A stretch of 64,000 nt of DNA from Octopus sinensis (lineage: Eukaryota): NCBI RefSeq assembly GCF_006345805.1, contig NC_042999.1, positions 96,782,001-96,846,000 on the forward strand, written 5' to 3'. Positions within the stretch are counted from its first letter, which is position 1; the number at the start of each line of letters is the position of its first letter. Of this stretch, positions 1 through 13,609 are shown in pieces. Made by a program: the position numbers and the translations under genes. The notes beneath the pieces were generated by a model. The model was not told the origin of the DNA and searched no databases. It was given only the letters and a program-made list of their open reading frames with translations.

Positions 1-401
1 TTCTTCATGTATTTGGACATTTGTTGAGAGCCACAGAAACTATCACATAGATCCGAAGATACCCAAATACTATATTTTTCCCAACGGGTATAAAAAAACA
101 GACTGTAGTAATATTTCGATATGTCAATAATATTGTGATTACATATATTATTAGTAGTGTGTGCGTATGCGTGTGTATTTGTGCGTGTGTGCGTGCGTGT
201 GTACTTGTATATGTGACTATATATACATATATATATGTATGTAAGTATGTATGTGTGCATGTATTTATGTATACATGTATGTATGTATCCATTAATACAT
301 ATATACAAATATAACTAATGTAGGATAAAATTTTTTTTCGAGAAAAACATTTTATCAATGGCCAGCATATCAAAAACTACTTTTAAAGGTTAAATTTATA
401 A

Positions 402-941
402 ATAATTTACAAGATAAGGGCAAAAGAAAACTTCTAATGCCAAAAATGCCGAAAAAAAGACAAAATTGTTAATAACCATTATAATTTATGCGTCTCGAAA
501 CAAACCGATAGAAATTTCTAAAGAATCCGTTATTACCGTATTGGTCCCAATTTCGGGGTTAATTCATAAGAATTTTCCCCTCTTCAGCGATAAATACGTG
601 AGATATAAGTGAAATACTTACTCACACCCATGGAAAAAGCAAGCACTAAGTCCTGAGCAGACCTAAGTACCCCAAATATATCCAAAATAGAAAATCTTCG
701 GCACATCTCGAGACACTTGTGATTCGAACTAGAAACTTTCACAGAGTGAGAGAATCCGGAGAGAGGAAAATTCTTATGAATTAACCCCGAAATTGGGACC
801 AATACGGTAATAACGGATTTTTTAGAAATTTCTATCGGTTTGTTTCGAGACGCATAAATTATAATGGTTATTGACAATTTTGTCTTTTTTTCGGCATATT
901 TGACATTAGAATTTTTCTTTTGCCCTTATCTTGTAAATTAT
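402..941. repeat. Inverted duplication, ~180 bp arms (402-582 / 761-941), ~180 bp spacer
   Basis: ATAATTTACAAGATAAGGG...TTCATAAGAATTTTCCCCTC is the near-perfect reverse complement of GAGAGGAAAATTCTTATGAA...CCCTTATCTTGTAAATTAT; a third partial direct copy lies at ~1067-1102. Confidence 0.9.
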
Positions 942-1157
942 ATATACAAATATATATATATATTCGAACACACACACAAGGTACAGGAAACTAATATATA
1001 CACCATTCAGCTTAGATAATGGAACTGCAGATATAGTATTCTTACGTATCTCACGTCTGTTTTTATATGTCAAATATGCCAAAAAAAAAGACAAAATTGT
1101 CACTCAGTATTTCATACCTCCTCTATTATAACTATTATTTAAACATTTTTTCGCACC

Positions 1158-1205
1158 GTCTCTGATGAAGGGATTTATAAAATATCCTGGAAACAGCTCT
1201 AAGAC
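1158..1205 (+). ncRNA. Degenerate minimal type I hammerhead ribozyme (Penelope-like terminal repeat type)
   Basis: GTCT-CTGATGA-AGGGAT..ATCCTG-GAAAC-AGCT-CTA-AGAC: stem I GTCT/AGAC, stem II GGGAT/ATCCT, palindromic AGCT loop III; G16.2 is changed to C. Confidence 0.6.
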
Positions 1206-1274
1206 CTTCTTCCCTTTATAAATGTTCTGAAAACTTTCACAGCTTTGAATTTTTATCGCATTCTGTTAATTTAT

Positions 1275-1344
<70 letters not shown>

Positions 1345-1607
1345 CTGGACCACTGAAATCTGCTAGTTTTTTTCATTCTCTCTCTGTTTATTATCTATTA
1401 TTCCTTTCTGTTGAAGAGCGTAAGCTCGAAACGTAAAAGTCTTTATCATTTTTCCCGAGAGTTAGATTAATAGACTTACTTGTTGTTGATATACCTGTCT
1501 TCGTCTTTTGTTTTTTCTAAAAATTTTAGCTATATATACATATATATTTTTTTTTTTTATTTTATCTAGTTTCAGCTCACGAGCTGTGGCCATGCTGGGG
1601 CACAGCC

Positions 1608-2070
<463 letters not shown>

Positions 2071-2835
2071 GTACGAATGGAACGAAGAGAATAATTCATT
2101 TGGTCTAACGACGTAATTGTGGATAATTGTCTTAAAGAGTGATGTTCTAAATACCGTAAGCAAAATGTTATTACTTAATAAAATTCTCACTTTAAGGTTG
2201 AGAAAGAGTATAAAAATAATTAAAGTCATCATTCCATTTTACTTAATTAGGAATTAATCTTGATACTTGGAGGACAGAAAGGCTGATCTTTGCAGGTAAA
2301 GGACTCCTGCAGACGTAATTTAGTTTACACACACACACACACACGCACACACGCACACGCACACAAACGTGTGTGTGTGTGTGTGTCTGTGTGTAGCGAA
2401 GGCGACTAACGCAATGTTTTGAGTTTTTGGCTCATATTCATAATGTTGTGGGTTCAATTTCTGGAACGAGTGATGTGTACTTTATCGTTCGACTAGTAAT
2501 ATTTCACTGTTAACGTCTCGTACATGTTAATGTATCATATATATATGAGCCGTTAACATGCACGAGACGCTAACATATTTTCATCTGCTTTCATGTAAGT
2601 TAACATATGACATTTTACCAATATATCTACTTGACTTTTTCTTATACTAAGCTCTGTAGATGAATATATTGATTTATTCTTACTTTACTACTCCAATATA
2701 CACAACCTTCTTCCCCTTTCTAAGGTCTATACCATGTCTTATACTATGTTTTTCATGTATAAATTTTATCAGTTAACGGTTTGCAGCCGTTCAGTCAACA
2801 TGCAGGAATTGAATACCTATTTTGTACATTTTAAA

Positions 2836-2918
2836 CTACCTCTGACGAGATTCGACTTACAAATTATTTTTGATTTTATTAATTAATTTTCTGAAGATCT
2901 TGAATTGAAACAGCTGTA
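2836..2918 (+). ncRNA. Decayed hammerhead-like remnants
   Basis: CTGACGAG near 2843 and CTGAAGA-TCTTGAATT-GAAAC-AGCT-GTA at 2891-2918; stems I and II are not intact. Confidence 0.3.
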
Positions 2919-2995
2919 ATGGAAGTTTGTCAATTTTTTAAAATTAATAAATAATAATTTATTAATTACCTATCTATTTTCTTATCTTATTATAG

Positions 2996-3049
<54 letters not shown>

Positions 3050-3183
3050 ACGGTTTATATAATGACCTTGCAGTTGAGTATTAACTGTAATTTTTAACAT
3101 TCTTTGTATAGGTAACTAACTAGTACTTTCATAGGATTTTTCTATCCCTGAATGATTTACTGTTAGGTGACTTTTGGCCAACC

Positions 3184-3228
<45 letters not shown>

Positions 3229-3322
3229 AAAATATTATTAGAGACAAAACCACTATTTTGCAAAACAAACAAGGAAAGACTTAATCAATACATAAAATTT
3301 TAATAAATAGTCAAAAAAACCG

Positions 3323-3365
3323 CCACTACAATTGTTTCTTGTCTTGATCGACAATCTTCAGGTGG
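3323..3365 (-). ncRNA. Intact minimal type I hammerhead ribozyme
   Basis: Minus strand CCAC-CUGAAGA-UUGUC-GAUCAA-GACAA-GAAAC-AAUU-GUA-GUGG: stem I CCAC/GUGG, stem II UUGUC/GACAA, palindromic loop III, predicted cleavage after GUA. Confidence 0.85.
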
Positions 3366-3425
3366 ACTTCCAATAAGTCAGTTTCAAATTATGAAGTCAT
3401 AATTTGAAACTGAATTATTGGAAGT

Positions 3426-3461
3426 CCACCTGAAGATCAAGACAAGAAACAATTGTAGTGG
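3426..3461 (+). ncRNA. Mirror copy of the hammerhead with stem II disabled by a 7-nt deletion
   Basis: CCAC-CTGAAGA-TCAAGACAA-GAAAC-AATT-GTA-GTGG. Confidence 0.7.
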
Positions 3462-3660
3462 CGGTTTTTTTGACTATTTATTAAAATTTTATGTATTGAT
3501 TAAGTCTTTCCTTGTTTGTTTTGCAAAATAGTGGTTTTGTCTCTAATAATATTTTATAATATTTTACTATAAAATTGGATTTAATCCTAAATCTGATTTT
3601 TTTCCCTGTAAATTTGGATTTATTCCCTAATATTTATTATTATTTATATATATATATAAT

Positions 3661-3702
<42 letters not shown>

Positions 3703-3710
3703 TATATAAT

Positions 3711-5390
3711 CATTATCATCTCATTGACTATGTCATTGTACGTCGTTCTGATAGACAAGATGTAAGTCTTACACGTTCTTACAGTATAAGGAAATGTTGG
3801 TCAGATCACAAATTGATCTGCTCCACAATCAAGATGAAAATCAAATGCCCTGTTAGATATCAACGTAGTTCTCCCATCAAGAGAATTGATGTGGACAAGT
3901 TGAAGGTCAAGGAGACCATGCAGTCGTTTCAAACGGCTACTGATGAAAAGCTGTCCTCCATTATATGTGGGAATGACATTGAGTCATCTTTGTCAGAGTT
4001 TAAAATTGCAGTGTATGACTCTGCCAAAGAATCATTAGGATATGTTCGAAGGAAGAACCAAGATTGGTTTGATGAAAATGATCCAACCATCCTCCCATCG
4101 CTCAGTAACATGCATCAAACCCATCAACTGTGGATTACTGACAAAAATTCTTCAGTGAAACACAAGGCTTTTCGAATGGCCAAAAAGTTGGCACAATCTC
4201 GGCTCCGGGAAATGAAACAAAACTGGTGGAAGTTGAAAGCCCAGGCCTTGCAAGATACAGCGGATAAGTGCGATTTTAAATCTTTCTACCAAAATCTCAA
4301 AGGTATGTTTGGTCCCATCTCAAAAGGAGCATCTCGAATATTTTCGTCAGATGGCACTCTCCTTACCGATAAGAAAGAAATTACTAAGCGCTGGGCTGAA
4401 CATCTTTCAAATGTTTTAAACAGAGAATTGACAGTGGATCAGGAAGTGATTGTTAATCTTCCTCAAAAGCCAACCATCGAGAATCTTGTTGACAGTCCAT
4501 CCATGTCGGAGGTCGAAAAGGCTATAAAGCAATTGTCAAATGGTAAGGCTCCAGGTGATGATGGGATACCCGCAGAAATATACAAATGTGGAAGCCAACT
4601 GCTAATCAGGAAACTAAGTGCTCTGTTTTCATCAATATGGGAACTTGGTACCGTGCCACAACAGTTCAAAGATGCTTCAATTATTCACCTATTTAAGCAC
4701 AAAGGAAATAAATGTGAGTGTGATAACCATAGAGGAATTTCTCTCTTATCTGTTGCTGGTAAGATTCTAGCGCGTGTAATCTTAAACAGACTCAATGATT
4801 CAATTTGTAAAACTGTGCTCCCAGAAACCCAATGTAGTTTCCGGTTTGCTGTGGATATGATCTTCAGCTTACGGCAACTACAAGAGAAAGCAAGGGAACA
4901 GAATAAGGACTTGTTTGTTACCTTTGTTGATCTCACTAAGGCATTTGATACCGTCTCCAGGGATGCCCTGTGGACTGTTTTGAGGAAGCTTGGTGTTCCA
5001 GATAAGATGTTGAATGAGATTGTCTCCTTTCATCATGGAATGATGGCGTCAGTACGGTCTGACTGCGAACAAAGTGAACCATTCGAAGTATCAAATGGAA
5101 CCAAGCAAGGGTGTGTCCTTGCTCCGATCCTATTTGCTCTTTTCTTTTCAGTGATGCTTGAAACAGCCTTCAAAGACACCTCGGAAGGTGTAGGTGCTGA
5201 GTATCGATCAAGCGGAGGGTTATTTAACCAGCAGCGGTTCAAAGCCAAAACCCGGACTTTTATGCAGACTGTTATTGATCTCCTTTTGCTGATGACTGTG
5301 CTCTTGTTACCCATAGTCTTGAGGACATGCAGAACATCCTCAACAGCTTCTCTGATGCATGTAAGGCCTTTGGTCTTACAATTAGCATAA
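3711..5390 (+). pseudogene. RTE ORF, endonuclease end plus reverse transcriptase (frameshift at ~5285)
   Basis: ORF 3813..5390 carries RT motifs; the reading frame extends upstream to 3711. Confidence 0.85.
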
Positions 5391-5439
5391 CGAAAACTGA
5401 ACCAAACCGAAACCAAACTCTTCGCCCTCTTTACAACCA

Positions 5440-6288
5440 GTGGTATATGTTGATGGTAAAGCTTTGAAAACAGTATCTTCTTTTACATACCTTGGCTCTA
5501 TTGTGCCTGATGATGCAAAATTTGAAAAAGATATCCAAAACAGAATCAATAAAGCAAGTGAAGCATTTGGTAGGTTGCGACACAGACTCTGGAACAGCCA
5601 CAATGTGTCTCTGAAAGTAAAAGTAGCAGTCTACAAATCTGTTGTTCTATCTACTCTTCTGTATGGTGCCGAAATGTGGACCTTGTATCGCAAGCATATC
5701 AATCAGCTTGATTCCTTCCATATGAGATGTCTGCGTTCTATTTGCAATGTTAAATGGCAAGATCGTGTTCGAAATAGTGAGTTACTGGAGAGGTGTGAGA
5801 TCACTGGTATTGAAACATTTTTGATTAAGATACAAATGCGGTGGTCTGGTCATCTCGTAAGAATGGATGACTCAAGAGTTCCAAAGCAGCTTTTTTATGG
5901 GCAATTGACAAATTCTTCCCGTCCAACAGGGCGTCCTTTTCTTCGTTACAAGGACAAACTAAAAGACAATCTGAGGCGTTGTGACATTGCCCTGAGCTCC
6001 TGGGAGAGTGCAGCAGGGGATCGCAGCAAATGGAGGAAAATGTGTTTTCTAAAGACTAGAGAATTTGAAAGTAACCTTTGTGCAAATTTGAAAGCAACAC
6101 ATCAGCAAAATCCACCAAACAATGCCTGTATGTGTCACTGTGGGTTTAAAGCACGAAGCAAAGCTGGGTTAGCTGTCCACTCGAGAAGACATTTTGAACC
6201 AACGAATACATGCAGGTGTACCATTTGCGAGAAAGTGTGCAAGACATCTGCTGGATTGAAGGTACACATGCGGTGTCACAAGGCTTAG
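5440..6288 (+). pseudogene. RTE ORF C-terminal part (RT thumb, RWSGHLVRMDDSRVPKQLFYG, two zinc fingers)
   Basis: FTYLGSIV; CHCGFKARSKAGLAVHSRRH and CTICEKVCKTSAGLKVHMRCH. Confidence 0.85.
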
Positions 6289-6384
6289 GAATTGTTGATG
6301 GTTATTTACTGAACCCTCATTCATCGTCTTCCATGAGAGAATCCACCATATATATATATATATATATATATATATGGGGGGGTG

Positions 6385-6427
<43 letters not shown>

Positions 6428-6517
6428 AAGTCAAAATATATAGATTCAAGTAATCCAGTTATAAATGGGAGAGAAATGATTTGATGTAATTTTATTTAAC
6501 AATTAGAAAATATCACG

Positions 6518-7175
6518 ACATAATACCTGATTTTTTCGTAATTCAGACATTTTTCTTTGACTATTTGCCATTATTCTGAACGTATTAAGGCAGCGAGCAG
6601 GCAGAATCGTTAGAAATGCTGGACGAAATGCTTAGGGGTATTTCGCTCGTCGCTTCGTTCTGAGTTCAAATTCCACTGAGGTCAACTTTGCCTTTTATCC
6701 TTTCGGGGTCGATGGTGCATTCTGAAACCTTGAGATCCTTTGCAATGACTATGCTTGCCTTTCCGGGGGTTTATCGATTATTTCTTGGAGTTTGGTACAA
6801 AGTAATGTGTTCTGATGAGCATGCGTTTTCCATTTAGCTATTAATGTCAGACACTCTATTTGCTGATCCAAAATGATGTCTGACATTATTTATCTGAAAA
6901 GTACGGTAAAAAAAAGTTAAAAGAAAGTAAGAGCTCTTGAAAGAGGTATCATCAAAAAATTGACGCACCCTCTATATGTAGCAATACTTCCAAATTTTGA
7001 AGAGAAGAAGCAAGTCGATTACATTTAAAAGATTATGGAAGACAATAATAATAAAATTGAAGCATTTCGTCCAGCATTTCTAACGATTCTGCCTGCTCGT
7101 TGCCTTAATACGTTCAGAATAATGGCAAATATTCAAAGAAAAATGTCTGAATTACGAAGAAATCAGGTATTATGT
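6518..7175. repeat. Inverted duplication, ~116 bp arms (6518-6633 / 7060-7175)
   Basis: Unique flank plus SINE head is repeated in reverse complement with ~3 differences. Confidence 0.88.
6588..6713 (+). mobile_element. tRNA-derived SINE family A (GGCGGCGAGCTGGCAGAA head), 3'-truncated
   Basis: B-box GAGTTCAAATTCC and family motif TTTGCCTTTTATCCTTTCGGGGTCGAT shared with many copies in the window. Confidence 0.8.
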
Positions 7176-8904
7176 TAACTTAACTGAGCCGCGTAAAAGT
7201 TCTGTTTATCCTATATATACTTATCAAAAGAATTTGTTACTTTGCACGACAGCGAACTGGATTGCACACGTAGTGTGTAGGAGAATAATGGTATTGAAAA
7301 ATTTACTCGAATACATGTGGTCGTATAACTTATTTGCTTTCCTTTACTTTCCCGTTGATATATTAATAGATATTAATATTAACACCGCATGTAAACTCAC
7401 GATTACGGATGTGCTCACATAGGGAATGATATTTTTCTCATCTCCATTCATCTTATGAACTACGAAAATTGATCTCAGCAAAGGAATTTGCTATCGGAAA
7501 TATATAATAATAGATTTCATATTACTGTAAGTCTCCTACAATAGTTCCTTTTCTTAAAAAAAAAAAAGAGACATTGTGTACAACAATCAAATACTTCACT
7601 TGAAAGAAAATGAATCAAGTTTATATTTGGTACAATTGGTGTAACTAAATAAAAACTACTTTTCTTCTTTAGCTTCCAATTCTTTCAAAATCACTCAACA
7701 AATATGAAAGGATTCTGGATTCAGATTAATTTGGCTAACACTGGATTAAACTTATAATCTGCAGAATTGTTTTTGCTGATATTTCTGTAGCAAGTAGCGT
7801 CATGGAGTGTATAAAGGAAAGAAAAGACACGAGGAAATGCTAACTATCTCGCAATGTTAAAAGTACGTCATGTTGCATCGAATTAGAATTAATTATCTGT
7901 AACTGAAATCTTCAATAATAAAAGTATCTTAAAAACCACATCTTTTAGAAAATATATATTGGAATTAGAATTTAGAAGAATTTTTAGACAACGTAAACTT
8001 TAATAATTGGTTTATTTGTTATAGTATAACAATACTTGTTATATATAACAATATTTGTTATATATAACGCACGGTTTTATTCCTTCAATCAACATTCTAG
8101 AAATGTCAGGAAAATTTCTTTTATATAAGTCTACACCATCTTAAAGTGAAGAATATATGACAATATAGTCCTAGACATGCTATGGCTAAAAACAAGTTGG
8201 CATGGCTACAGTTTCAATGCTTTTAAAAGTAGATTGTTCAATCAAAACTCACCTGTGGCTAATTAACAACATAATGTAAGAGAAGTGGTGATCTCTCTAG
8301 ATGACGTTGCTTATTTGTAAGTCCGCCCCGATCAAGAAGACCTACAATCAAAGGTATTTCTTTCGTGACTTTCATTTTATTTCTATATTCATGTATTTTG
8401 TATACGTGTTTGCATTTTTCAGGGCGTTTGTGCTGTTATTTTAAGACGGTAGGATGTTGTTTAAAAGAATTTTTAACAAATACTTAAAGCAGCTCGAGAG
8501 TGGCCACGTAAAGGTCTCTTCCCTAACTCGCCAGTTCGGTAGTTTAGTCGCTGGACTCACACGTTTAATACAAAGTGAATAAGACAATTAGAAGATAAGA
8601 ACCGTTAGCTGAAATATGTAATGCATTTTTAGACAGATACACTTAACTGTATACTCAGCAAAACACAGTCATACACACGCGCAAACACACATACACACAC
8701 ACATATATACACACACGAACACTCTGCACTCAGACACATTGATATATAAGTATATAATATTATGAGTCAGAGTAATAATACATGTGTGTGTGCGCGCGCG
8801 CGTGTGTGTGTACATGTGTGTGTACACATATACTTCTAAGTATATCTGTTAATACGTTTGCATACACATGCAAATATATCTGTGTGTGTATATGTATAAA
8901 CATT

Positions 8905-8952
<48 letters not shown>

Positions 8953-8990
8953 ACTCACGCATATACATATAAATATATATTCATATATTA

Positions 8991-9039
<49 letters not shown>

Positions 9040-9151
9040 GCACACAATGTGTATCTGCTTTTATACGTAAACAAAACCTATAAATATGTATGTGTACTCA
9101 AACATATACATACATATATACATATATACACACATTACGCATACATACATA

Positions 9152-9187
<36 letters not shown>

Positions 9188-9940
9188 TGTATGTATGTAT
9201 GTATGCATGTATGTATGTATGTATGTATGTATGCATGATATGCGTGGTATGTATATTTATATATATGATATCCGGTTAGCAGCCTAATATATGCGTGTGT
9301 GTGTGTGTATGTTTCTATGTAGGTGTGTATAGCTATAAGTATTTACACGTGAGTATGTACGTGTGTATGTATACACACTACAAAAACGGATATCTCTCTA
9401 AGCATATATGCATATTTATGAGACTTTATCTGTACATTTGTGTCTACTGCGGAATATTTCGAATATATGCTTGTTTTATTAAAGAAAAAAAAAAGACAAA
9501 AAGCAAAACGCAAGAACTTAAACTAACAAGAGAAAAGAAAAAAATAGCAATTGTAGAAGAGATGAAGCAAAAAGATAAGTAATATCCATAACAACGACAA
9601 TAACAGAGTAGCAGCAGTAATTGCAAGTTAGAATCTCAGTATAAACATAACAACAAAACGCAGCAAGTAACCTTCTGATGTTATTAACTACTAAAAGAAT
9701 CGGATGATTGCAACGACTGTTAAAGAGATGAAGGGGCTATTATAGGGTAGAAACGTGCATCAATAACACTTTCCAGATAATGATGCATTAATTAATCTTT
9801 ATTGAAATCATTCGAAGAACGTTGGCTATGGGCTATCCCCGAACAGTGTACCTTCCTTGTTTTCTCTACAACCTTTGCTAACCTCAATTACAAAAACAAA
9901 AAAGGTCGAATTGAAAATAAATGGAGCCGAGTTGGGGAGG

Positions 9941-9973
<33 letters not shown>

Positions 9974-10170
9974 ATATGGTATTAGAGGGGATTGAAGAAA
10001 AGTGATGAAGAGTGCGGTGAAATAGTGGGTGGGTGGGATCGATGCTGCATGGTGAGCTGTGGAACAGAATGGCGTTTTTGTGCGTGGAAAGGGCCCCGCC
10101 GCGCTCTCTCTCTCAGTCTGTATCTATATCCATCTATCCATCTCCTTCGCTCTCTCCCTCTCTATCTCTC

Positions 10171-10255
<85 letters not shown>

Positions 10256-10632
10256 GAGAGAGAGAGGGGGAGGGAGAAATACAGACATATAGATAGAGAC
10301 AGAAACCGAAAGACAGAGAGAGAAATAGATACATACATACATATATACGTACAAATATCTATGTATACACATACACATATATCGCATATATTGTAAACTA
10401 CAAACCTGGATGTCATTTTATGTATGTGGTGTGGAGGTGTTTCAGTCTGTGCCTACGTATATGTTTATATATGTGTATATATAGTTATACACATATAGAT
10501 ACATATACATACATACATGTACATATATATATATGTATATATATATATATGTATCTATATATATATATACATATACATATATATGTATGTATATATATAT
10601 ATATATGTATCTATATACATATACATGTATAT

Positions 10633-10732
<100 letters not shown>

Positions 10733-11918
10733 CTATATACATATATAGATGACGAAGACAGTGAAGATTATGATGATAACGATAACGATAGTAATAATAG
10801 GAGTACTGACGATGATCATAATCCTGATGATTATCATGATGAATGTAATAAGATGGCTGATGGGGACGGCAATATTGATAATACAGCGACAGCTCTTCAT
10901 GTTCTGAGCTGAAATTTTATCAACTTCAACATTGCAATTTCATCTTTTTGAGTCTGAGCGATAAAATAAAGTGCCACTCAATTGATGGGTTCTTCCCCAG
11001 CAGAAAGAGTTGTTTCTTCTCCGTCAGAAGGACATCCTCACTTTACATTTTCGTAGCTATTAACTTTCTATATTTTCAATTGGGTTGTTTTTTGTTTTAT
11101 CTTCTTTTCTTTTTTTTTTTTTTTTGATATTTTCTCAACCCATCGAACTCTGGCTCTTATTCTCATGCTTGGGGTTGTGCAGCTATCAGAGAGCGCTTCT
11201 TGGTCATTTAGTGCTAGATATATTGTCACTGAATGTGACCTGCTTTGTCTTTGCCAGTTAGGCCTGTGAGAAGCACTTTTAGGTCCCATAGCTCGCTCCT
11301 GGTTATTTGGACGAGGCGGTCTTATTTGCCCATTCACGAGTATTTCCTTGTTTGCCCTAAGGTCAACAAACTCCACGATCATTGTTTTTACGGTTGCTAT
11401 TTTAGATTTTCTGTGCAGAAAGCTTTTAGATAAGTTTGCTTCCGCATATGTAGCAGCTGATTTATCTATATTGGATACTGAACTCTAATATTTTCTTCTC
11501 AGCAGCCTGTACAGGATGCAGTCTTCATATTATTTTGTAGTCTTACTGGATCATGAAATCATACATATCATTATTATTCTATCCGACTTCATATCATCAA
11601 GTGCACATCTGCACTGAATCCCTACGCACATCGTGTCACGAAGGTAGTAACTTGGTAGGGGTTACAAAGAAAAAGTAACGCGGACTGTGAAAATAAATAC
11701 GTTTACAAATTACGAAGTTAGAGGGTTAGAGACGTTATACAACGCATGGAAAGGTATATTAAGAATTTAAATTTGCACACACACTCGCATATACATTACG
11801 TGCGTGCTTGAGTGTTTGCATACATGCACACTGATATGCATATATATATAATATAATATAATATATAGATGTATGTATGTATGTATGTATGTATGTATGC
11901 ATGTATATATATATATAT

Positions 11919-12315
11919 ACTAGCAGTATCGACCGGCGTTGCTCGGGTTTGTAAAGGAAATAACTATAAAGCATTTTTAGAGAGTTATAGCCAAACAATA
12001 GCAAAAACATGCATTTAAAAATGGAAAAAATATGATGGTAAATTTTTTTTAAATCGTTGACTCATCGTAGACATTTTTAGAGAGTTACTTCCCTTATATT
12101 AAAAAACATATGCATGAAAATGGAAAAAAATAATGGTAAATTATTTTTTAAATCGTAGACTCATCGTAGACGCGCGCTAATACCCAGAAGGGCTCGATAT
12201 GAATCATGACTATAAGATACCCGGTTTTGGTTAAACTGCACCGCAAAATATGGGAGTAGTTAGGAATCTAAATCGGAGTAGACAGACACACAACCTTTTT
12301 TTCTATATATAAGAT
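11919..12315 (+). mobile_element. Helentron-associated (HINE/DINE-1-like) non-autonomous element
   Basis: Starts ACTAGCAGTATCGACCGGCGTTGCTCGGG; two ~95 bp internal tandem repeats; ends GACAGACACACAAC...TATATATAAGAT. Confidence 0.65.
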
Positions 12316-12322
12316 ATATATA

Positions 12323-12600
<278 letters not shown>

Positions 12601-12623
12601 TACATATATATATGCATATATAT

Positions 12624-12666
<43 letters not shown>

Positions 12667-13609
12667 ATATATACATATATATATATATGCATACACGCAT
12701 AAGTTACACAGTAATAAATTTATACAATATGACAACAATAATTCAAAGATATTTAAAAAGAAATAAAACATGGAAAATGTTCTGGTTAGATTGAGATGAG
12801 TGCGATCCCGTTCACCCAAATGCACTAGTATGAATTTTTTTTTTTTAGATATTTGATGTTGATAAACACCAACATATTGAAGTCATGCCTTTTTAAGTTC
12901 GATATAACTGAAATTTTCATCTTAATTTTCTTAATATTAATCTTTTGAGTTGCTTAGTTTTTGCATGTTGTGTATATTCTGAATCTGTTTTTGTGTCATT
13001 CTAACAGTAGAGAGTCTGTGACACTACAGCTACACAGTTTTGTTAATTGAGAGGTTTTCTTAGTTAATCTTTTTTTTTTATTTATTTTCCTGGGGAGGGT
13101 TTTTCATGTTGTTTAAAGGAAATTATTATTTATCTGTTTCCGTTGTTTTTTGTTCTGCTTACTTTTTCTGTAATTCTTTTGTTTTTGTTTTTTTTTCTTC
13201 TTTTCTTGTGCTTCGTATTTTTAGCAACAAATTTTTCTTCCTCATCAGACGATAAAAGTGTGGTTGTTACTACTAGGGGACAAAGTATTTATTCATCCAT
13301 TAGTGTTATTAGGCTTAAAAATATTTCCTTTGCTATTTCCAGAATGTTGGCTGGTACTTCTCTGGAATCTAGGTTTTGTTGTTCTTTATGTTGTTGAAGT
13401 TGATTTTCTTTTATGTTCTGGATAGAGAGTATTTTTCCAAGTACCTATATATTAATAACTGTGGTCTTAACATTCTTCCTAAAAATGTATAACAATACGT
13501 TCTGAATGCAGGTGGTAGGAACTACATAATATCAAGTGCTTATTAAATTATTTTATTACAGAAACGGAGTTTGGTGTGTTACAGTGGGCAACGATCCTAG
13601 AGCACGTCA

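Larger units (their letters stand above)
3226..3645. mobile_element. Fold-back HHR-bearing element: 333 bp palindrome (3226-3558) plus ~85 bp tail, inside (TA)n
   Basis: Arms 3226-3394 and 3397-3558 differ by one mismatch and a 7-nt deletion; centre TTATGA-AG-TCATAA; (TA)n on both sides. Confidence 0.85.
3709..6349 (+). mobile_element. 5'-truncated RTE-clade LINE (APE C-terminus, RT, two C-terminal C2H2-like fingers), frameshifted
   Basis: Frame open from 3711 (HLIDYVIVRR...SDHKLI), KAPGDDGIPAE, NHRGISLLS, FVDLTKAFD, KQGCVLAP, LLFADD shifted out of frame near 5285; flanked by (TA)n. Confidence 0.92.
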
